Of a stretch of 64,000 nt of DNA, positions 29,837 through 41,215 are shown piece after piece. Source of the DNA: Candidatus Oxydemutatoraceae bacterium (GTDB taxonomy: Bacteria > Pseudomonadota > Gammaproteobacteria > Poriferisulfidales > Oxydemutatoraceae); assembly GCA_965219575.1 (NCBI GenBank), contig OZ244779.1, positions 1,068,769-1,132,768 of the forward strand. Direction: 5' to 3'. Position numbers and translations under genes: made by a program. Below the pieces are notes generated by a model, which saw only the letters and a program-made list of their open reading frames with translations, did not search any database and was not told the DNA's origin. The stretch's first letter is position 1; the number at the start of each line of letters is the position of its first letter.

Positions 29837-32152
29837 ATGCTATCTACAATCTATATTTTTGCGTTTTCTTTTTTGGCAGGAAATTTATCTCTGCAATTTT
29901 TGCCGGTACTCCCGAAAGTGCATAGTCTGATTTTTTTGGCTTTCGGTTTTTTATTATTTTCTTCTAAGTTAAAGTGGCGTTTATTGGGTGGTTTTTGTTT
30001 GGGTTTGTTCTGGACTGCTTACGCCGTGCCGTTGGATACCGAAGGCGAAGCCGCAAATACTTGGGAAGGGAAGACCGTTGAAGTCGTAGCTCAAGTTGAA
30101 ACAATTCCTATTCGGCGAACCGACAGCACACAATTTATACTGAAGGTGATAGAACATCCCGATGCGGACCAGCCTTTCCCCGAGCGTGTTAGAGCGAGCA
30201 TTTATCGTTATCAAGAGCCGATAAAGGTCTCGGATTTTTTACGCGCCCGGATCAAATTAAAAGATCGCTACGGTTTTGCCAACCCGAATACCTTTGATTA
30301 TGAACGCTGGTTGACGATGCAAGGCATAGAAGCTATCGGATATATAGTGTCTTATCAAAAGCTCGAGGCATCGGCGACGGCATCGGGATATAGCCTCGAG
30401 CGATGGCGACAACGGCTTTTTGATAAACTGGAATCGTACAAGCACCTGTACGCCCAAGTTGATTCCATCGCTGCCATCACGTTGGGTTTGAGTTCGCTTC
30501 TGTCGCATCGGCAAAGAGAAATTCTAAGTGCCACCGGCACGAATCATTTATTTGCCGTTTCGGGTTTGCATATCGGTATGGTTTTCGGTCTGTTTTTCGT
30601 GTTGATAGAACGTCTATGGCGTTACTTGTTTTTGAGCCGTTATTTATACCCGTCTCGTGATGTCGCTTTACTGGGTGCATTGCCGGTAGCAATCGCCTAT
30701 GCGGCACTCGCCGGCTTTTCGGTGCCGACGCAGCGGGCTTTGATTATGCTGGTATGTGTCGTCTGTGCCAACTTCTTTAGATACAAGATATCTTTATCGC
30801 AGTCTTTGACCGTCGCCTTATTACTGATTCTTATATACGACCCTTCGGCAACTCTGTCTATTTCCTTCTGGTTGTCGTTTGCCGCCGTTGCGATGATTGC
30901 ATTTTTTTTGTTGATCGCACCGAACCTGAAAGGATGGAAATTATGGTTCGGCATGCAAGCGTATATTGCCACGGTAATGATAATACCTTCTCTACTGTTT
31001 TTTACCCAAGGCGCACCGATTTCGCCGCTAGCCAATATGGTAATCGTTCCACTAACCGCCTTTTTGGTATTGCCGTGTTCGTTGATTGCCGTCGCTTCTT
31101 TTATGATGAGTGAACCGATCGCATCATTTTTCATGCAGGCTGCCGACTTGCTGTTCGAGATGTTATGGCAAATCAACGGCTGGTTTGCAAGCCATACCCT
31201 AAGATGGTTTCATCACATAGATAATTTGACGGCATTATTTGCCTTGACCGGTATTTTGTTGTTTATCGTGTTGAGAAAAAAGCTCGTGCGTAGTCTGGCA
31301 GTATTGTTACTATTTCCGCTGTTGCCGTTTTTCAGCACACCGTTGTCGCTGCCGTCGGGTGCTTTTCGGGTCGTATTTTTTGATGTAGGGCAAGGCTTGT
31401 CGGTTTTAGTACGCACACGAGAACATACTTTGGTCTACGATACCGGGCCGTATTATCGTTCGGGATTCAACACGATGGATAGCGTGGTTTTACCGTACTT
31501 ACGCTCGCGCCGCATCGATACGATCGACACCCTGGTCGTATCGCACGCCGACAACGATCACGCCGGCGGTGCAGAAGTATTGATGCGGCATATTTCACCG
31601 CACCGTTTGCTCGGCGGCGAACCCTTAACGGTTGCCAGCCGTACTTTTGAACCTTGCGTTCAGGGTCAATCTTGGGTTTGGGACGATGTGCGCTTTGAAA
31701 TACTCTATCCTCGATCCGGCACTATTTATAAAGGCAATAATGCATCGTGCGTGTTGCGCATTTCCAACCGCAGCCACTCGCTGTTGTTGACCGCCGACAT
31801 AGAGAAAGCTGCAGAGCGCATTTTATCGCATCACCCGTCTTTGCCGAGCGATGTGTTACTCGTTCCGCATCACGGTAGCCGTACTTCGTCGACACCCGAG
31901 TTTATATCGTCGGTCTCACCTTTACTTGCGGTAGTCACCTCCGGTTATCGCAATCGCTTTGCGTTGCCGAGGACCGATATCGTAGCGCGCTATTACGAGC
32001 GAGGTATTCAGGTATTGGATACCGCGCAGGCCGGCGCATTGATTTTTGATTTTCCGACCGACCGAAACTTCGATTTGCAATCGTATCGCATGCACGAGCA
32101 ACGCTATTGGCGCAACCGCCCTAATTCCTTATCGCCGTCGGGCGATAATTAA
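29837..32152 (+). CDS. comEC: DNA uptake channel ComEC/Rec2
   Basis: HLFAVSGLH, FWLSF, FDVGQG, SHADNDHAGG, HHGS. Confidence 0.95.
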   Translation: MLSTIYIFAFSFLAGNLSLQFLPVLPKVHSLIFLAFGFLLFSSKLKWRLLGGFCLGLFWTAYAVPLDTEGEAANTWEGKTVEVVAQVETIPIRRTDSTQFILKVIEHPDADQPFPERVRASIYRYQEPIKVSDFLRARIKLKDRYGFANPNTFDYERWLTMQGIEAIGYIVSYQKLEASATASGYSLERWRQRLFDKLESYKHLYAQVDSIAAITLGLSSLLSHRQREILSATGTNHLFAVSGLHIGMVFGLFFVLIERLWRYLFLSRYLYPSRDVALLGALPVAIAYAALAGFSVPTQRALIMLVCVVCANFFRYKISLSQSLTVALLLILIYDPSATLSISFWLSFAAVAMIAFFLLIAPNLKGWKLWFGMQAYIATVMIIPSLLFFTQGAPISPLANMVIVPLTAFLVLPCSLIAVASFMMSEPIASFFMQAADLLFEMLWQINGWFASHTLRWFHHIDNLTALFALTGILLFIVLRKKLVRSLAVLLLFPLLPFFSTPLSLPSGAFRVVFFDVGQGLSVLVRTREHTLVYDTGPYYRSGFNTMDSVVLPYLRSRRIDTIDTLVVSHADNDHAGGAEVLMRHISPHRLLGGEPLTVASRTFEPCVQGQSWVWDDVRFEILYPRSGTIYKGNNASCVLRISNRSHSLLLTADIEKAAERILSHHPSLPSDVLLVPHHGSRTSSTPEFISSVSPLLAVVTSGYRNRFALPRTDIVARYYERGIQVLDTAQAGALIFDFPTDRNFDLQSYRMHEQRYWRNRPNSLSPSGDN

Positions 32153-32199
32153 AAAGTAATTTTTTGTCACCCCAAGTTAAAACTTCATCTCCAAGTTTT

Positions 32200-32585
32200 G
32201 CAAACCACCCGTAGAGGTGGACTTGCATGTCCACCCTTAACTACCGTTCGGTACGAACCCAACCGCTTGCGCCATTTTGTTTTGGTTTCCATAATATTAA
32301 TGGGTGAACGCGTTAATCGTGCAAACATGATGTATTTCGGGCGGACATGTTAGTCCGCCCCTACACATGTCGTTTACATTGCGGTTCGGTACGAACCCAA
32401 CCGCTTGCGCCATTTTGTTTTGGTTTCCATAAATTGAATGGATGAATGTATAAATCGTGCCGATCAACGCGTTACGGGCAGAACAGAGCCGCCGATTGAG
32501 CCAGTAGGTCAATCGGCAATTTTGAAGTCCGCCCCTACAACTTTATGAAATACTTTTTCAACAGCCCCACGGCACAACCATTCCA
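32200..32585. repeat. Composite repeat locus with three REPs
   Basis: REPs at 32211-32236 (+), 32339-32364 (-), 32476-32538 (-, hairpin insert); right IR tactttttcaacagcccc. Confidence 0.9.
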
Positions 32586-32660
32586 TGGAAAGGTTATATA
32601 TTCTGCCAAACATTACCCAAAATAGCTTATAATACTAGGATTATTCAATAATATCGTTAA

Positions 32661-33653
32661 ATGACATATTACCGTATCTACTATTTATTCTTGACATCTC
32701 TTTTTCTGGGCCTAATCCAGTTGAATTCTTTGTACGCTCAAGAAGAAGAGGATGTTCAGGGTACGACTCAAACCGAAATTCGCCTGTTGCCCGAGGATAT
32801 AGGAGACAGTTCCGCAAGTACTAAAAATGAAGCCGAAAAGGCGGATACCGGTGAGCGGGATGTTGCCGAAGAAGAGCCTGTCGGAGAGGACGAGCGCATG
32901 GAAAGAGATATTCAAGCCATCATGCGGCGGATGGAGGCTAGAGAAAACCGAGCTAGAAAAGCCAAACTACTCGATTACGATGTAGTTAATCGTTTTCCGC
33001 ATCGTCAGGAGATTTTTACCCAGGGGCTGATAGTAGACGGCGATACATTGATAGCAAGCAGTGGTGGTTACGGCAAGTCGTCGTTGAGTAAGGTGAGCCT
33101 CAAAGACGGCGAAGTGTTGGCGGAAGAAGAATTACCGCCGCATCTTTTTGCCGAAGGTGTTGCGCGTCTCAAAGGCTCTCTTTATCAACTTACCTACAGA
33201 AGAGGAGTGCTGATGGTCTACGATGCGGACACGCTGCAATTGAGCAGTCAACTTCAATATAGTGGTGAGGGTTGGGGGATAACGAGCAACGGTAAAGAAT
33301 TAATTATGAGCGATGGTTCCGATATATTGAAATATATGGACCCTAATAACTTTAAGGAAACCAAGCGCATATCGGTGACCGAGAACGGCCGCCCGCTTAA
33401 ATATCTGAACGAGCTCGAATGGGTAAACGGAAGAATTTATGCCAATGTGTGGTTGCGGAATAAAATCGTCATAATCAATCCTAGAACAGGCGTGGTCACT
33501 TCTTATCTGGACCTCAAGGAATTATTGGACGAAGTGAGAGCCGAAACGAAGACCGGTGTCTTGAACGGCATCGCTTACGATAAAAAAGGTAAAAGACTTT
33601 ATGTGACCGGAAAGAACTGGCCTACCTTGTTCGAGATTGAAATTGACTCTTGA
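32661..33653 (+). CDS. Glutaminyl-peptide cyclotransferase (plant/bacterial beta-propeller type) with acidic N-terminal extension
   Basis: FTQGL, FAEG, GEGWG, MSDGS, LNELE, YANVW, VLNGIAYD, VTGKNWP. Confidence 0.93.
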   Translation: MTYYRIYYLFLTSLFLGLIQLNSLYAQEEEDVQGTTQTEIRLLPEDIGDSSASTKNEAEKADTGERDVAEEEPVGEDERMERDIQAIMRRMEARENRARKAKLLDYDVVNRFPHRQEIFTQGLIVDGDTLIASSGGYGKSSLSKVSLKDGEVLAEEELPPHLFAEGVARLKGSLYQLTYRRGVLMVYDADTLQLSSQLQYSGEGWGITSNGKELIMSDGSDILKYMDPNNFKETKRISVTENGRPLKYLNELEWVNGRIYANVWLRNKIVIINPRTGVVTSYLDLKELLDEVRAETKTGVLNGIAYDKKGKRLYVTGKNWPTLFEIEIDS

Positions 33654-33693
33654 AGTAAGGCCGCATAATCACCCTTGCGTGTCTTAAATAACC

Positions 33694-36234
33694 ATGCCCG
33701 ATTTTGCCAAAGAAATTCTTCCGGTTAGTTTAGAAGCCGAGATGCGTAAATCCTATTTGGATTACGCAATGAGTGTGATTATAGGCCGTGCTTTGCCCGA
33801 TATTTGCGACGGTTTGAAACCGGTACATAGACGCGTACTCTATGCGATGCACGAACTTCATAACGATTGGAACAAAGCGTATAAGAAATCGGCACGCATC
33901 GTCGGTGATGTGATAGGTAAGTATCACCCGCACGGCGATAATGCGGTATACGATACCATAGTACGGATGGCACAAACCTTCTCTTTGCGCTATCCGTTGA
34001 TAGACGGACAAGGTAATTTCGGTTCTATAGACGGTGATGCTCCTGCGGCGATGCGCTATACCGAGGTCCGGCTTGCGAAAATAGCACACGAACTGCTTGC
34101 CGACATAGATAAGGAAACGGTCGATTTCATTCCCAATTACGATAATTCCGAGAAAGAACCCGTAGTCTTGCCTTCGCGGGTGCCGAATTTGCTGGTCAAC
34201 GGTTCTGCAGGCATTGCAGTCGGTATGGCGACGAATATCCCGACCCATAATTTGGGTGAGGTAATCGATGCCGTTTTGGCACTTGCGAAGAACCCGGATA
34301 TATCGATAGACGATTTGATTCGCTACATTCCGGGACCGGATTTTCCGACCGCCGCCATTATCAACGGGCGCGAGGGGTTGCACGAAGCCTATCGTAGTGG
34401 GCGTGGACGCGCAGTGATGCGTGCCAAGTGCAAAATAGAACCCATAAAAAAAGGAGAGCACGAGCGTATTATCATCGAAGAACTGCCGTATGCGGTCAAT
34501 AAAGCACAGTTGCTCGAGAAAATTGCCGATTTGGTCAAAGAAAAACGAATTGAGGGTATTTCCGAATTACGCGACGAGACCGACAAGGAAGGCATGCGCG
34601 TCGTTATAGAATTAAAGCGTAGAGAGAACAGCGAAATCATACTCAATAATCTGTACAAACATACCAAGATGCAATCGACATTCAGCATCAACATGGTTGC
34701 GCTACAGCAAGGTCAGCCGAAGCTATTTAACCTCAAGGAAATTCTAGAGGCCTTTCTGCGGCATCGCCGTGATGTTGTCACCAAACGCACCGTGTTTGAA
34801 TTACGCAAAGCCAAGGACAAAGCACATCTTTTGGAAGGGTTGGCGGTTGCGCTTGCCAATATAGACGAAGTGATTGCGCTGATAAAAAGTTCGCAGACAT
34901 CGGCCGATGCCAAACGTGCGCTCAGCGGGCGGGCGTGGAAACCGGGGGCGGTTATGCAGCTCATGGAGAAAGCCGATGCGGTGATATCCAAACCGGACAC
35001 TCTGCCTGCCGAATTCGGCTTACACGAAGACGGTTATCATTTATCCGAACAGCAAGCGCAAGCGATACTAGACCTGAAACTTCATCGCTTGACCGCATTG
35101 GAGCAGGACAAAATAGTCTCCGATTACGAGGAGCTTATTGCATTGATATTGGATCTACTCGAAATACTCTCCAACCCCGATCGTTTGATGAAGGTGATTT
35201 GCGACGAGTTAAAGAATATCAAGAAGCACTACGGCGACGAGCGCAAGACCAAGATAGTAGACCAATCGGTTGACATAGACGAGGAAGATCTGATTACCGA
35301 AGAGGATATGATGTTGACGATATCGCACGCCGGCTATGCCAAAATACAACCGCCCGATCATTATCGCGCCCAGCGCAGAGGCGGCAGAGGAAAGACGGCA
35401 ACCGCCGTCAAAGAAGAAGATTTCATAGAAATGATGTTCGTTGCGAGTACGCACGACACCCTATTATGTTTTTCCAACCTAGGACAACTCTATTGGATCA
35501 AGGTTTATAAATTACCCCGAGCCGGACGCACCGCCAGAGGCAAACCCTTGGTCAATCTGCTCAAACTCGGTGAGGACGAGCGTATCACTACGATACTACC
35601 GATAAAGTCTTATGCAGAAGGTTTGTATATTACGATGGCAACCGAGAGAGGAATCGTCAAACGCACGCCGTTGACGGCATTTTCCAGACCGCGCAGCAAC
35701 GGTATCAGGGCGATCAATCTGAAAGCAGGCGACAAAATGATAGGTGCGGTGTTAACCGACGGTGCGAGAGAAATCATGCTGTTCAGCGATGTGGGGCGTG
35801 CGGTTCGCTTTAAGGAATCCGACATACGCTCGATGGGTAGAATAGCCCGTGGTGTCATAGGAATGCGACTGCCCGAGGGTGCGAAGATTATTTCTTTGAT
35901 TTGTTTATCGGAAAGAGATGAGGGAAAAGTTAAAATTTTGGTCGCAACCGAAAACGGCTACGGCAAGCGAACCTATGCAAAAGAGTTTTCTACCAAGCGG
36001 CGCGGTTGTATGGGAACGATTTCTATAAAAACCAGCGAGCGCAACGGCAAAGTAATAGGTGCGCTACCCTTTGCCGATGTCGACGAAATCATGTTGATTA
36101 CCGATAAAGGCGTGCTGGTTCGCACCCGAGTGTCTACCATCTCTACCGTAAGCCGTAATACGCAAGGTGTCAGGCTGATACGGCTCGACAACAATGCAAA
36201 GCTATCGGAAATAGTGCGCATAGATAAGGAATGA
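33694..36234 (+). CDS. gyrA: DNA gyrase subunit A
   Basis: [15 protein letters not shown], GyrA box QRRGGRG. Confidence 0.98.
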   Translation: MPDFAKEILPVSLEAEMRKSYLDYAMSVIIGRALPDICDGLKPVHRRVLYAMHELHNDWNKAYKKSARIVGDVIGKYHPHGDNAVYDTIVRMAQTFSLRYPLIDGQGNFGSIDGDAPAAMRYTEVRLAKIAHELLADIDKETVDFIPNYDNSEKEPVVLPSRVPNLLVNGSAGIAVGMATNIPTHNLGEVIDAVLALAKNPDISIDDLIRYIPGPDFPTAAIINGREGLHEAYRSGRGRAVMRAKCKIEPIKKGEHERIIIEELPYAVNKAQLLEKIADLVKEKRIEGISELRDETDKEGMRVVIELKRRENSEIILNNLYKHTKMQSTFSINMVALQQGQPKLFNLKEILEAFLRHRRDVVTKRTVFELRKAKDKAHLLEGLAVALANIDEVIALIKSSQTSADAKRALSGRAWKPGAVMQLMEKADAVISKPDTLPAEFGLHEDGYHLSEQQAQAILDLKLHRLTALEQDKIVSDYEELIALILDLLEILSNPDRLMKVICDELKNIKKHYGDERKTKIVDQSVDIDEEDLITEEDMMLTISHAGYAKIQPPDHYRAQRRGGRGKTATAVKEEDFIEMMFVASTHDTLLCFSNLGQLYWIKVYKLPRAGRTARGKPLVNLLKLGEDERITTILPIKSYAEGLYITMATERGIVKRTPLTAFSRPRSNGIRAINLKAGDKMIGAVLTDGAREIMLFSDVGRAVRFKESDIRSMGRIARGVIGMRLPEGAKIISLICLSERDEGKVKILVATENGYGKRTYAKEFSTKRRGCMGTISIKTSERNGKVIGALPFADVDEIMLITDKGVLVRTRVSTISTVSRNTQGVRLIRLDNNAKLSEIVRIDKE

Positions 36235-36261
36235 TCGTCGCTTAGCGCAAAGCTCGAACTT

Positions 36262-36590
36262 GGGATTGTTGAAAAATACCGTTTTGCATGAATAATGTGT
36301 TTACCGACCAAATTTATGCTTACCCACCGTAGGGGCAGACTAGCATGTCTGCCCTTAAGTATCGTTTTGCACAACACCAACCGCTCTGCGCCGACAAATA
36401 ATGGTTTCCATAAATTAATGGGTAAACGCGTTAATTGTGCAAACATGATGCGTTTCGGGCGGACATCATTAAATTGCCGATTGACCTACCGGCTCAATCG
36501 GCGGCTTTATACTGCCCCTACAGGTGGTCTGGGTAATTATATGGCGCAAGCGGTTAGATTTGTGCGATGCCAGTACTTTTTCAACAGTCG
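36262..36590. repeat. IR-bounded element with REP doublet
   Basis: REPs at 36329-36354 (+) and 36457-36521 (-, hairpin insert); IRs at both ends. Confidence 0.9.
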
Positions 36591-36613
36591 AGCCCAAGCA
36601 ACACGCAATCTAT

Positions 36614-37693
36614 ATGCCGCTTTATAATTTTTCCCCCGGCCCTGCGGTTTTACCTCAAGTCGTAGTGGAAAAATCCCGACAACTCGTTTGCGAAAGGCAT
36701 CCGGTGCCACTCCTAGAGATAGGGCATAGAACCGCTTATATCGACGAGGTCGTTCAAAGCATGCGCGATAGGCTACGCAGGCTATTGGATATCCCCGATG
36801 ACTACGAGGTATTATTTTCGTCGAGCGGCACCCGTGCCCAATACGCGGCGGTGGCGATGAACCTCGCCCACGATAAGCGTGTCGATTATTTCAATACCGG
36901 TTATTGGTCGGAGTACGCCGTTGCCGAAGCTAAAAAGTATATTCCCGATAACAAGCTCAAAATCGTCGCTTCAGTCTCCGAACAGCCACCGTTGTCCTTA
37001 GCCGCCCCCGAAGCGTGGCAGCTCGGCGAAGCGGCGGCGTATCGTCATTATGTTTCAAACGAAACGCTTACCGGGTTTGAATTTTTTGCCGAAGCGCATA
37101 TAGACGACGGTAGCTTGGTAGCCGATATGACATCCAATTTTCTAACCCGCACGATCGACATACGCTCGCATCGGATGATATACGCCGGCGCACAAAAGAA
37201 TGCCGGTGTCGGCGGCTTGGTTTATATCGTCATCGCACGCGAAGCCTTATCGGCACTGCCTCATCCCTCAACTCCGGCGTTATACGACTATAATAAATTG
37301 TATGAAACAAACTCCAGACCGACTACACCGCCGGTTTTTTCGTGGTTGGTTGCGAATCTGATGTTGGAATGGATAGAGGCGCAAGGCGGTGTGGTGGAAA
37401 TGCAAAAGCGATGCCGGCAACGCTCGGCTTTGATATACGATTGCATAGACGGCTCTTCAGTTTATACAAATCCTATTGCTAAGCGATATCGTTCTCGGGT
37501 CAATGTATTATTCAATTTGCCGACGAGTGCGCTCGAGCAGCAATTTATAGGTCAAGCGGAGCAACACGGTTTGTGGGGGTTGAAAGGGCATAGCCATACC
37601 GGCGGTATACGCGCAAGCCTGTATAATGGAATGCCGATTTCGGGAGCCCGAACCTTAGTGGAATTTATGAGAGATTTTGAACGCAAAATTTAA
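36614..37693 (+). CDS. serC: Phosphoserine aminotransferase
   Basis: YNFSPGPA, YAGAQKN, LKGH..GGIRASLYN; start reset to ATG 36614. Confidence 0.95.
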   Translation: MPLYNFSPGPAVLPQVVVEKSRQLVCERHPVPLLEIGHRTAYIDEVVQSMRDRLRRLLDIPDDYEVLFSSSGTRAQYAAVAMNLAHDKRVDYFNTGYWSEYAVAEAKKYIPDNKLKIVASVSEQPPLSLAAPEAWQLGEAAAYRHYVSNETLTGFEFFAEAHIDDGSLVADMTSNFLTRTIDIRSHRMIYAGAQKNAGVGGLVYIVIAREALSALPHPSTPALYDYNKLYETNSRPTTPPVFSWLVANLMLEWIEAQGGVVEMQKRCRQRSALIYDCIDGSSVYTNPIAKRYRSRVNVLFNLPTSALEQQFIGQAEQHGLWGLKGHSHTGGIRASLYNGMPISGARTLVEFMRDFERKI

Positions 37694-37708
37694 AAGGCAA
37701 GCAGTGTA

Positions 37709-38788
37709 ATGAAAGACGACGAGATAGAGAAACTACGAGCACGGATAGACGCAGTGGATGCGCATATACTAAAGCTACTCGGCGAGCGCGCACAACATGC
37801 GATAGACATAGGACATGCAAAGCAAAGGGAAGATAAAGACACCTGCACCTATCGTCCCGACCGAGAGGCGGCGCATTTAAGAGAGCTACTATCGCAGAAT
37901 CCGGGACCGTTGCCCGATGCCACCTTGTCGATGCTGTTCAGAGAAATCATATCGGCGTGTAGGGCACTCGAAAAAAAACTCACCGTTGTTTTTTTAGGTC
38001 CTGCCGCAACCTATACCGAACAAGCCGTGTTTAAGCATTTCGGACATGCCGTCTCGTTGGAATCGTGTGCGACGATAGAAGAGGTATTTCAATATATCTC
38101 GGCGAACCGGGCCTATTACGGTGTGGTGCCGATAGAAAATTCCAGTGAAGGTAGCGTGAGCAACACTTTGGATTGCTTCATGGAGACCGATGTAAAAATA
38201 GTCGGCGAGGTGGAATTGCGCATCAACCACTGCTTGCTCGGCAACCGAAGCCGTATCGAGGATATAGCAAAAGTCTACGGACATTCTCAATCTCTTGCCC
38301 AGTGCCGCTACTGGCTTAATACCTATCTGCCCGACAGCATGCAGGTCAACGCCGAGAGTAGCACCCAAGCCATTCGCCAACTCGAGCGAGACCCCGATGC
38401 GGCGGCGATTGCGAGTGCCCACGCAGCGGAGTTATATCAACTCAACATCCTAGCCGAAGACATAGAAGACAATGTACAAAACACGACGCGCTTTTTGATT
38501 TTGGGTAATCAATATCCGCAACCCAGTGGTCGCGACAAGACCAGCGTTCTGGTATCGACCGAAAATCATTCGGGGACGCTTGTCGGTTTGTTGCAGATAC
38601 TCGCCGACCAAGGTGTCAGTTTGACGCGTATAGAATCGCGTCCGTCGCGACGCATCAAATGGGAATATGCTTTTTTTCTGGACATGGAAGGACACTGCGA
38701 AGAGCCGCACATCAAAAAAGGGCTTGCCGAACTTCGGGCACAAGCCGCATTTTATAAATTATTAGGCTCTTATCCGTGTGCCGAATAA
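37709..38788 (+). CDS. pheA: Chorismate mutase/prephenate dehydratase
   Basis: LRARIDAVD, VVPIENSSEG, NTTRF, IESRPS. Confidence 0.96.
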   Translation: MKDDEIEKLRARIDAVDAHILKLLGERAQHAIDIGHAKQREDKDTCTYRPDREAAHLRELLSQNPGPLPDATLSMLFREIISACRALEKKLTVVFLGPAATYTEQAVFKHFGHAVSLESCATIEEVFQYISANRAYYGVVPIENSSEGSVSNTLDCFMETDVKIVGEVELRINHCLLGNRSRIEDIAKVYGHSQSLAQCRYWLNTYLPDSMQVNAESSTQAIRQLERDPDAAAIASAHAAELYQLNILAEDIEDNVQNTTRFLILGNQYPQPSGRDKTSVLVSTENHSGTLVGLLQILADQGVSLTRIESRPSRRIKWEYAFFLDMEGHCEEPHIKKGLAELRAQAAFYKLLGSYPCAE

Positions 38789-39282
38789 TAGAATTTACGC
38801 CGCAAATGGCGCAATACCGCGTAGACCCAAAGCCATGCGAACATACCGGTGGCAACCGAATATAACTTTTTCCAACTGCCTTCGGGTGCGTCGCGTATAC
38901 CTTCAATCCATAGACTAACAAGTATATAAAGACCGAGTACCATGGCGATAAACAACATTTGTTGTGGGATATAAAAGCGTAATCGCTTATAAAGTAAAAT
39001 TGCCGCATAAGCGATTAAAGTATAAAGCAGTGCATTTTGCCCCAGCCAAGTACCCGATATAAAATCGACCAATAATCCGGTAAACCATGCAAATTTGATG
39101 TTGAATCGGTAGGGCAGGGCGAGTACCCAATAAATAACGGCGAGCATAGTCCAACTAGGCCAATAAAAATATCCCCACTGCGGCAACGGCAGCGCATCCA
39201 TCGTTAGAGCAAAGAATATGCTCCCCCATACGAGCATGTATTGGCGTCGTATGAATTTTGTTTTTTCTTTAAGTGTCTTCAT
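38770..39282 (-). CDS. mreD: Rod shape-determining protein D
   Basis: Hydrophobic, YWVLALP, GLLVD...LGQNAL; after mreC. Confidence 0.9.
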   Translation of the reverse strand: MKTLKEKTKFIRRQYMLVWGSIFFALTMDALPLPQWGYFYWPSWTMLAVIYWVLALPYRFNIKFAWFTGLLVDFISGTWLGQNALLYTLIAYAAILLYKRLRFYIPQQMLFIAMVLGLYILVSLWIEGIRDAPEGSWKKLYSVATGMFAWLWVYAVLRHLRRKFYYSAHG

Positions 39283-40117
39283 CGGCGTGCGTTATTTTTC
39301 CGGTGGGCCAAACGAGTAGCATCTCTAGGTTGTGGTTGAGTTTGGCATTCGGTTTGATGTAAATCGTAGAGAAACTGTTTCCTGCCGGTTTTTCTATACT
39401 CAGTACCGTTCCTACCGGGTAGCCGTAAGGATATTTATGATCTAGTCCCGAACTAACGATTTGATCTCCGATTTTGATATCTGCGGTTGTCGGTACATAA
39501 AGCAATTGTAGTCGCTCTGCATTGCCGATGCCGCGCACGACCACTCGCAAACTGGAACGTTCGATTTCTCCCATCACCGTGAAACCCGGACTGGAGATCA
39601 ATATCACCGTTGCGCTAATCGGGGTCAATTTCCCGACTTGTCCGATAATACCGTTTATGCCCAACACCGGCTGCCCTACATAGACACCGTCCGAACTGCC
39701 TTTGTCGATAATAATCTTCTGTTCTATTGAAGAGGAATATACTCCGATCAGTTTGACCACCGTAAAATTTTTATCGTCGTTGCTTTCGAGTAGGTTTAAT
39801 AAATTTCGTAAATGATTGTTTCTGTGTTTGAGTGCCGACATTTCGGACAATTCGGCAAGAAGTCTGACATTTTCGTCTTGCAGTCGGTTTTTTTTGTCCA
39901 ACAATTCCGAGCGCTCCTGTAAGTAATCGTATGTCAGAAGTGTGGTGGCATAAGGTAGATTTGCAATATAGCGGATTGCGTAGCCGAACATGTCTGCGTG
40001 GTATCGCACCCTATCCAAATAGCTAAATCGGTAATCGGTTATTATCAATACGATAGATAAAGCTATAAAGAGAATCAGCTTGGAAGTGAGATTGCGAGGA
40101 CTGAATAATTCTTTAAT
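39269..40117 (-). CDS. mreC: Rod shape-determining protein C (probable ATT start)
   Basis: IDKGSSDGV..GQPV, SSGLD..YP.GYPVG; frame open upstream of track ORF to IKELFSPR with GGAG RBS. Confidence 0.9.
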   Translation of the reverse strand: MKELFSPRNLTSKLILFIALSIVLIITDYRFSYLDRVRYHADMFGYAIRYIANLPYATTLLTYDYLQERSELLDKKNRLQDENVRLLAELSEMSALKHRNNHLRNLLNLLESNDDKNFTVVKLIGVYSSSIEQKIIIDKGSSDGVYVGQPVLGINGIIGQVGKLTPISATVILISSPGFTVMGEIERSSLRVVVRGIGNAERLQLLYVPTTADIKIGDQIVSSGLDHKYPYGYPVGTVLSIEKPAGNSFSTIYIKPNAKLNHNLEMLLVWPTGKITHADEDT

Positions 40118-40134
40118 CTTTAGATGCTCCGACT

Positions 40135-41178
40135 TTATTCTTCATAGAGGAAAGTGACTTTCTTTTCGTCTAATAATTCCAGTGCTTTTCCTCCTCCTTG
40201 GGCGACGCAAGTTAGGGGTTCGTCGGCGATGACCGCAGGGATGGTCGTTTCTTGATTAATCAAGACATCCAAGTTTTTCAATAAAGCACCGCCGCCGGTC
40301 AAGACGATGCCGCGCTCGGCTATATCGGAACTTAATTCCGGTGGTGTTTCATCGAGTGCTTTTTTGACCGCCAAGATGATGTTGTTCAGTGTTTCTTTCA
40401 TTGCGTCGTAGATTTCGTTGCTACTGACGGTGATGTTTTTCGGGATACCGCCGGCAACCTCGCGAGCGTGAATCTCGGTTTCTATAATTTCCGCAGCCGG
40501 GTAAGCGGTACCGATAGAACTTTTCACTCGTTCTGCGGTTGCCTCGCCGATCATCACACCGTATTGGCGACGCATATAGTCTATAATTGCCTCGTCCAGC
40601 TTATCACCCCCGAATCTGACCGAAGCCGAATAAACGATGCCGTTTAGCGATAACACTGCGACCTCGGATGTGCCACCGCCGATATCCAAAATCATCGAAC
40701 CTTGGGCTTCGCTAATCGGGAGGTTCGCCCCTATCGCAGCAGCGATGGGTTCCTCTATTAAATAGACTTTGCTCGCACCGGCACCAAGTGCCGATTCCCG
40801 AATTGCGCGTCTTTCAACTTGGGTTGCACCGCACGGAACGCAGATAAGAACTCGACCGCTCGATTTAAGCAATTTACCTTTATGGACTTTGTGTATAAAC
40901 ATTTGAAGCATTTTTTCGGTCGTCGTGAAGTCGGCTATCACGCCGTCTTTCAGCGGTCTGATGACTTTTATATTGGAGGGTGTTTTGCCGAGCATTTCCT
41001 TGGCGGTGCGTCCGGCAGCCTCGACGCTCACCGTAGAGCCGTGGCTGTTGATGCGCGTTGCAACCACCGACGGTTCGTCGAGCACGATACCTTGACCCTT
41101 CATACAAATCAGCGTATTTGCGGTGCCTAAATCTATGGATAAATCATCCGAAAAAAGAGAAAAAATTCTTTTGAGCAT
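40135..41178 (-). CDS. mreB: Actin-like rod shape protein
   Basis: [31 protein letters not shown]. Confidence 0.98.
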   Translation of the reverse strand: MLKRIFSLFSDDLSIDLGTANTLICMKGQGIVLDEPSVVATRINSHGSTVSVEAAGRTAKEMLGKTPSNIKVIRPLKDGVIADFTTTEKMLQMFIHKVHKGKLLKSSGRVLICVPCGATQVERRAIRESALGAGASKVYLIEEPIAAAIGANLPISEAQGSMILDIGGGTSEVAVLSLNGIVYSASVRFGGDKLDEAIIDYMRRQYGVMIGEATAERVKSSIGTAYPAAEIIETEIHAREVAGGIPKNITVSSNEIYDAMKETLNNIILAVKKALDETPPELSSDIAERGIVLTGGGALLKNLDVLINQETTIPAVIADEPLTCVAQGGGKALELLDEKKVTFLYEE

Positions 41179-41215
41179 GGTCTTTTATATTTGTCAGTAT
41201 AATGTGGAAGCATAG

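Noticed and set aside
40049-40117. Apparent 5' truncation or frameshift of mreC
   Set aside because: The frame is open and continuous; a non-canonical start explains it
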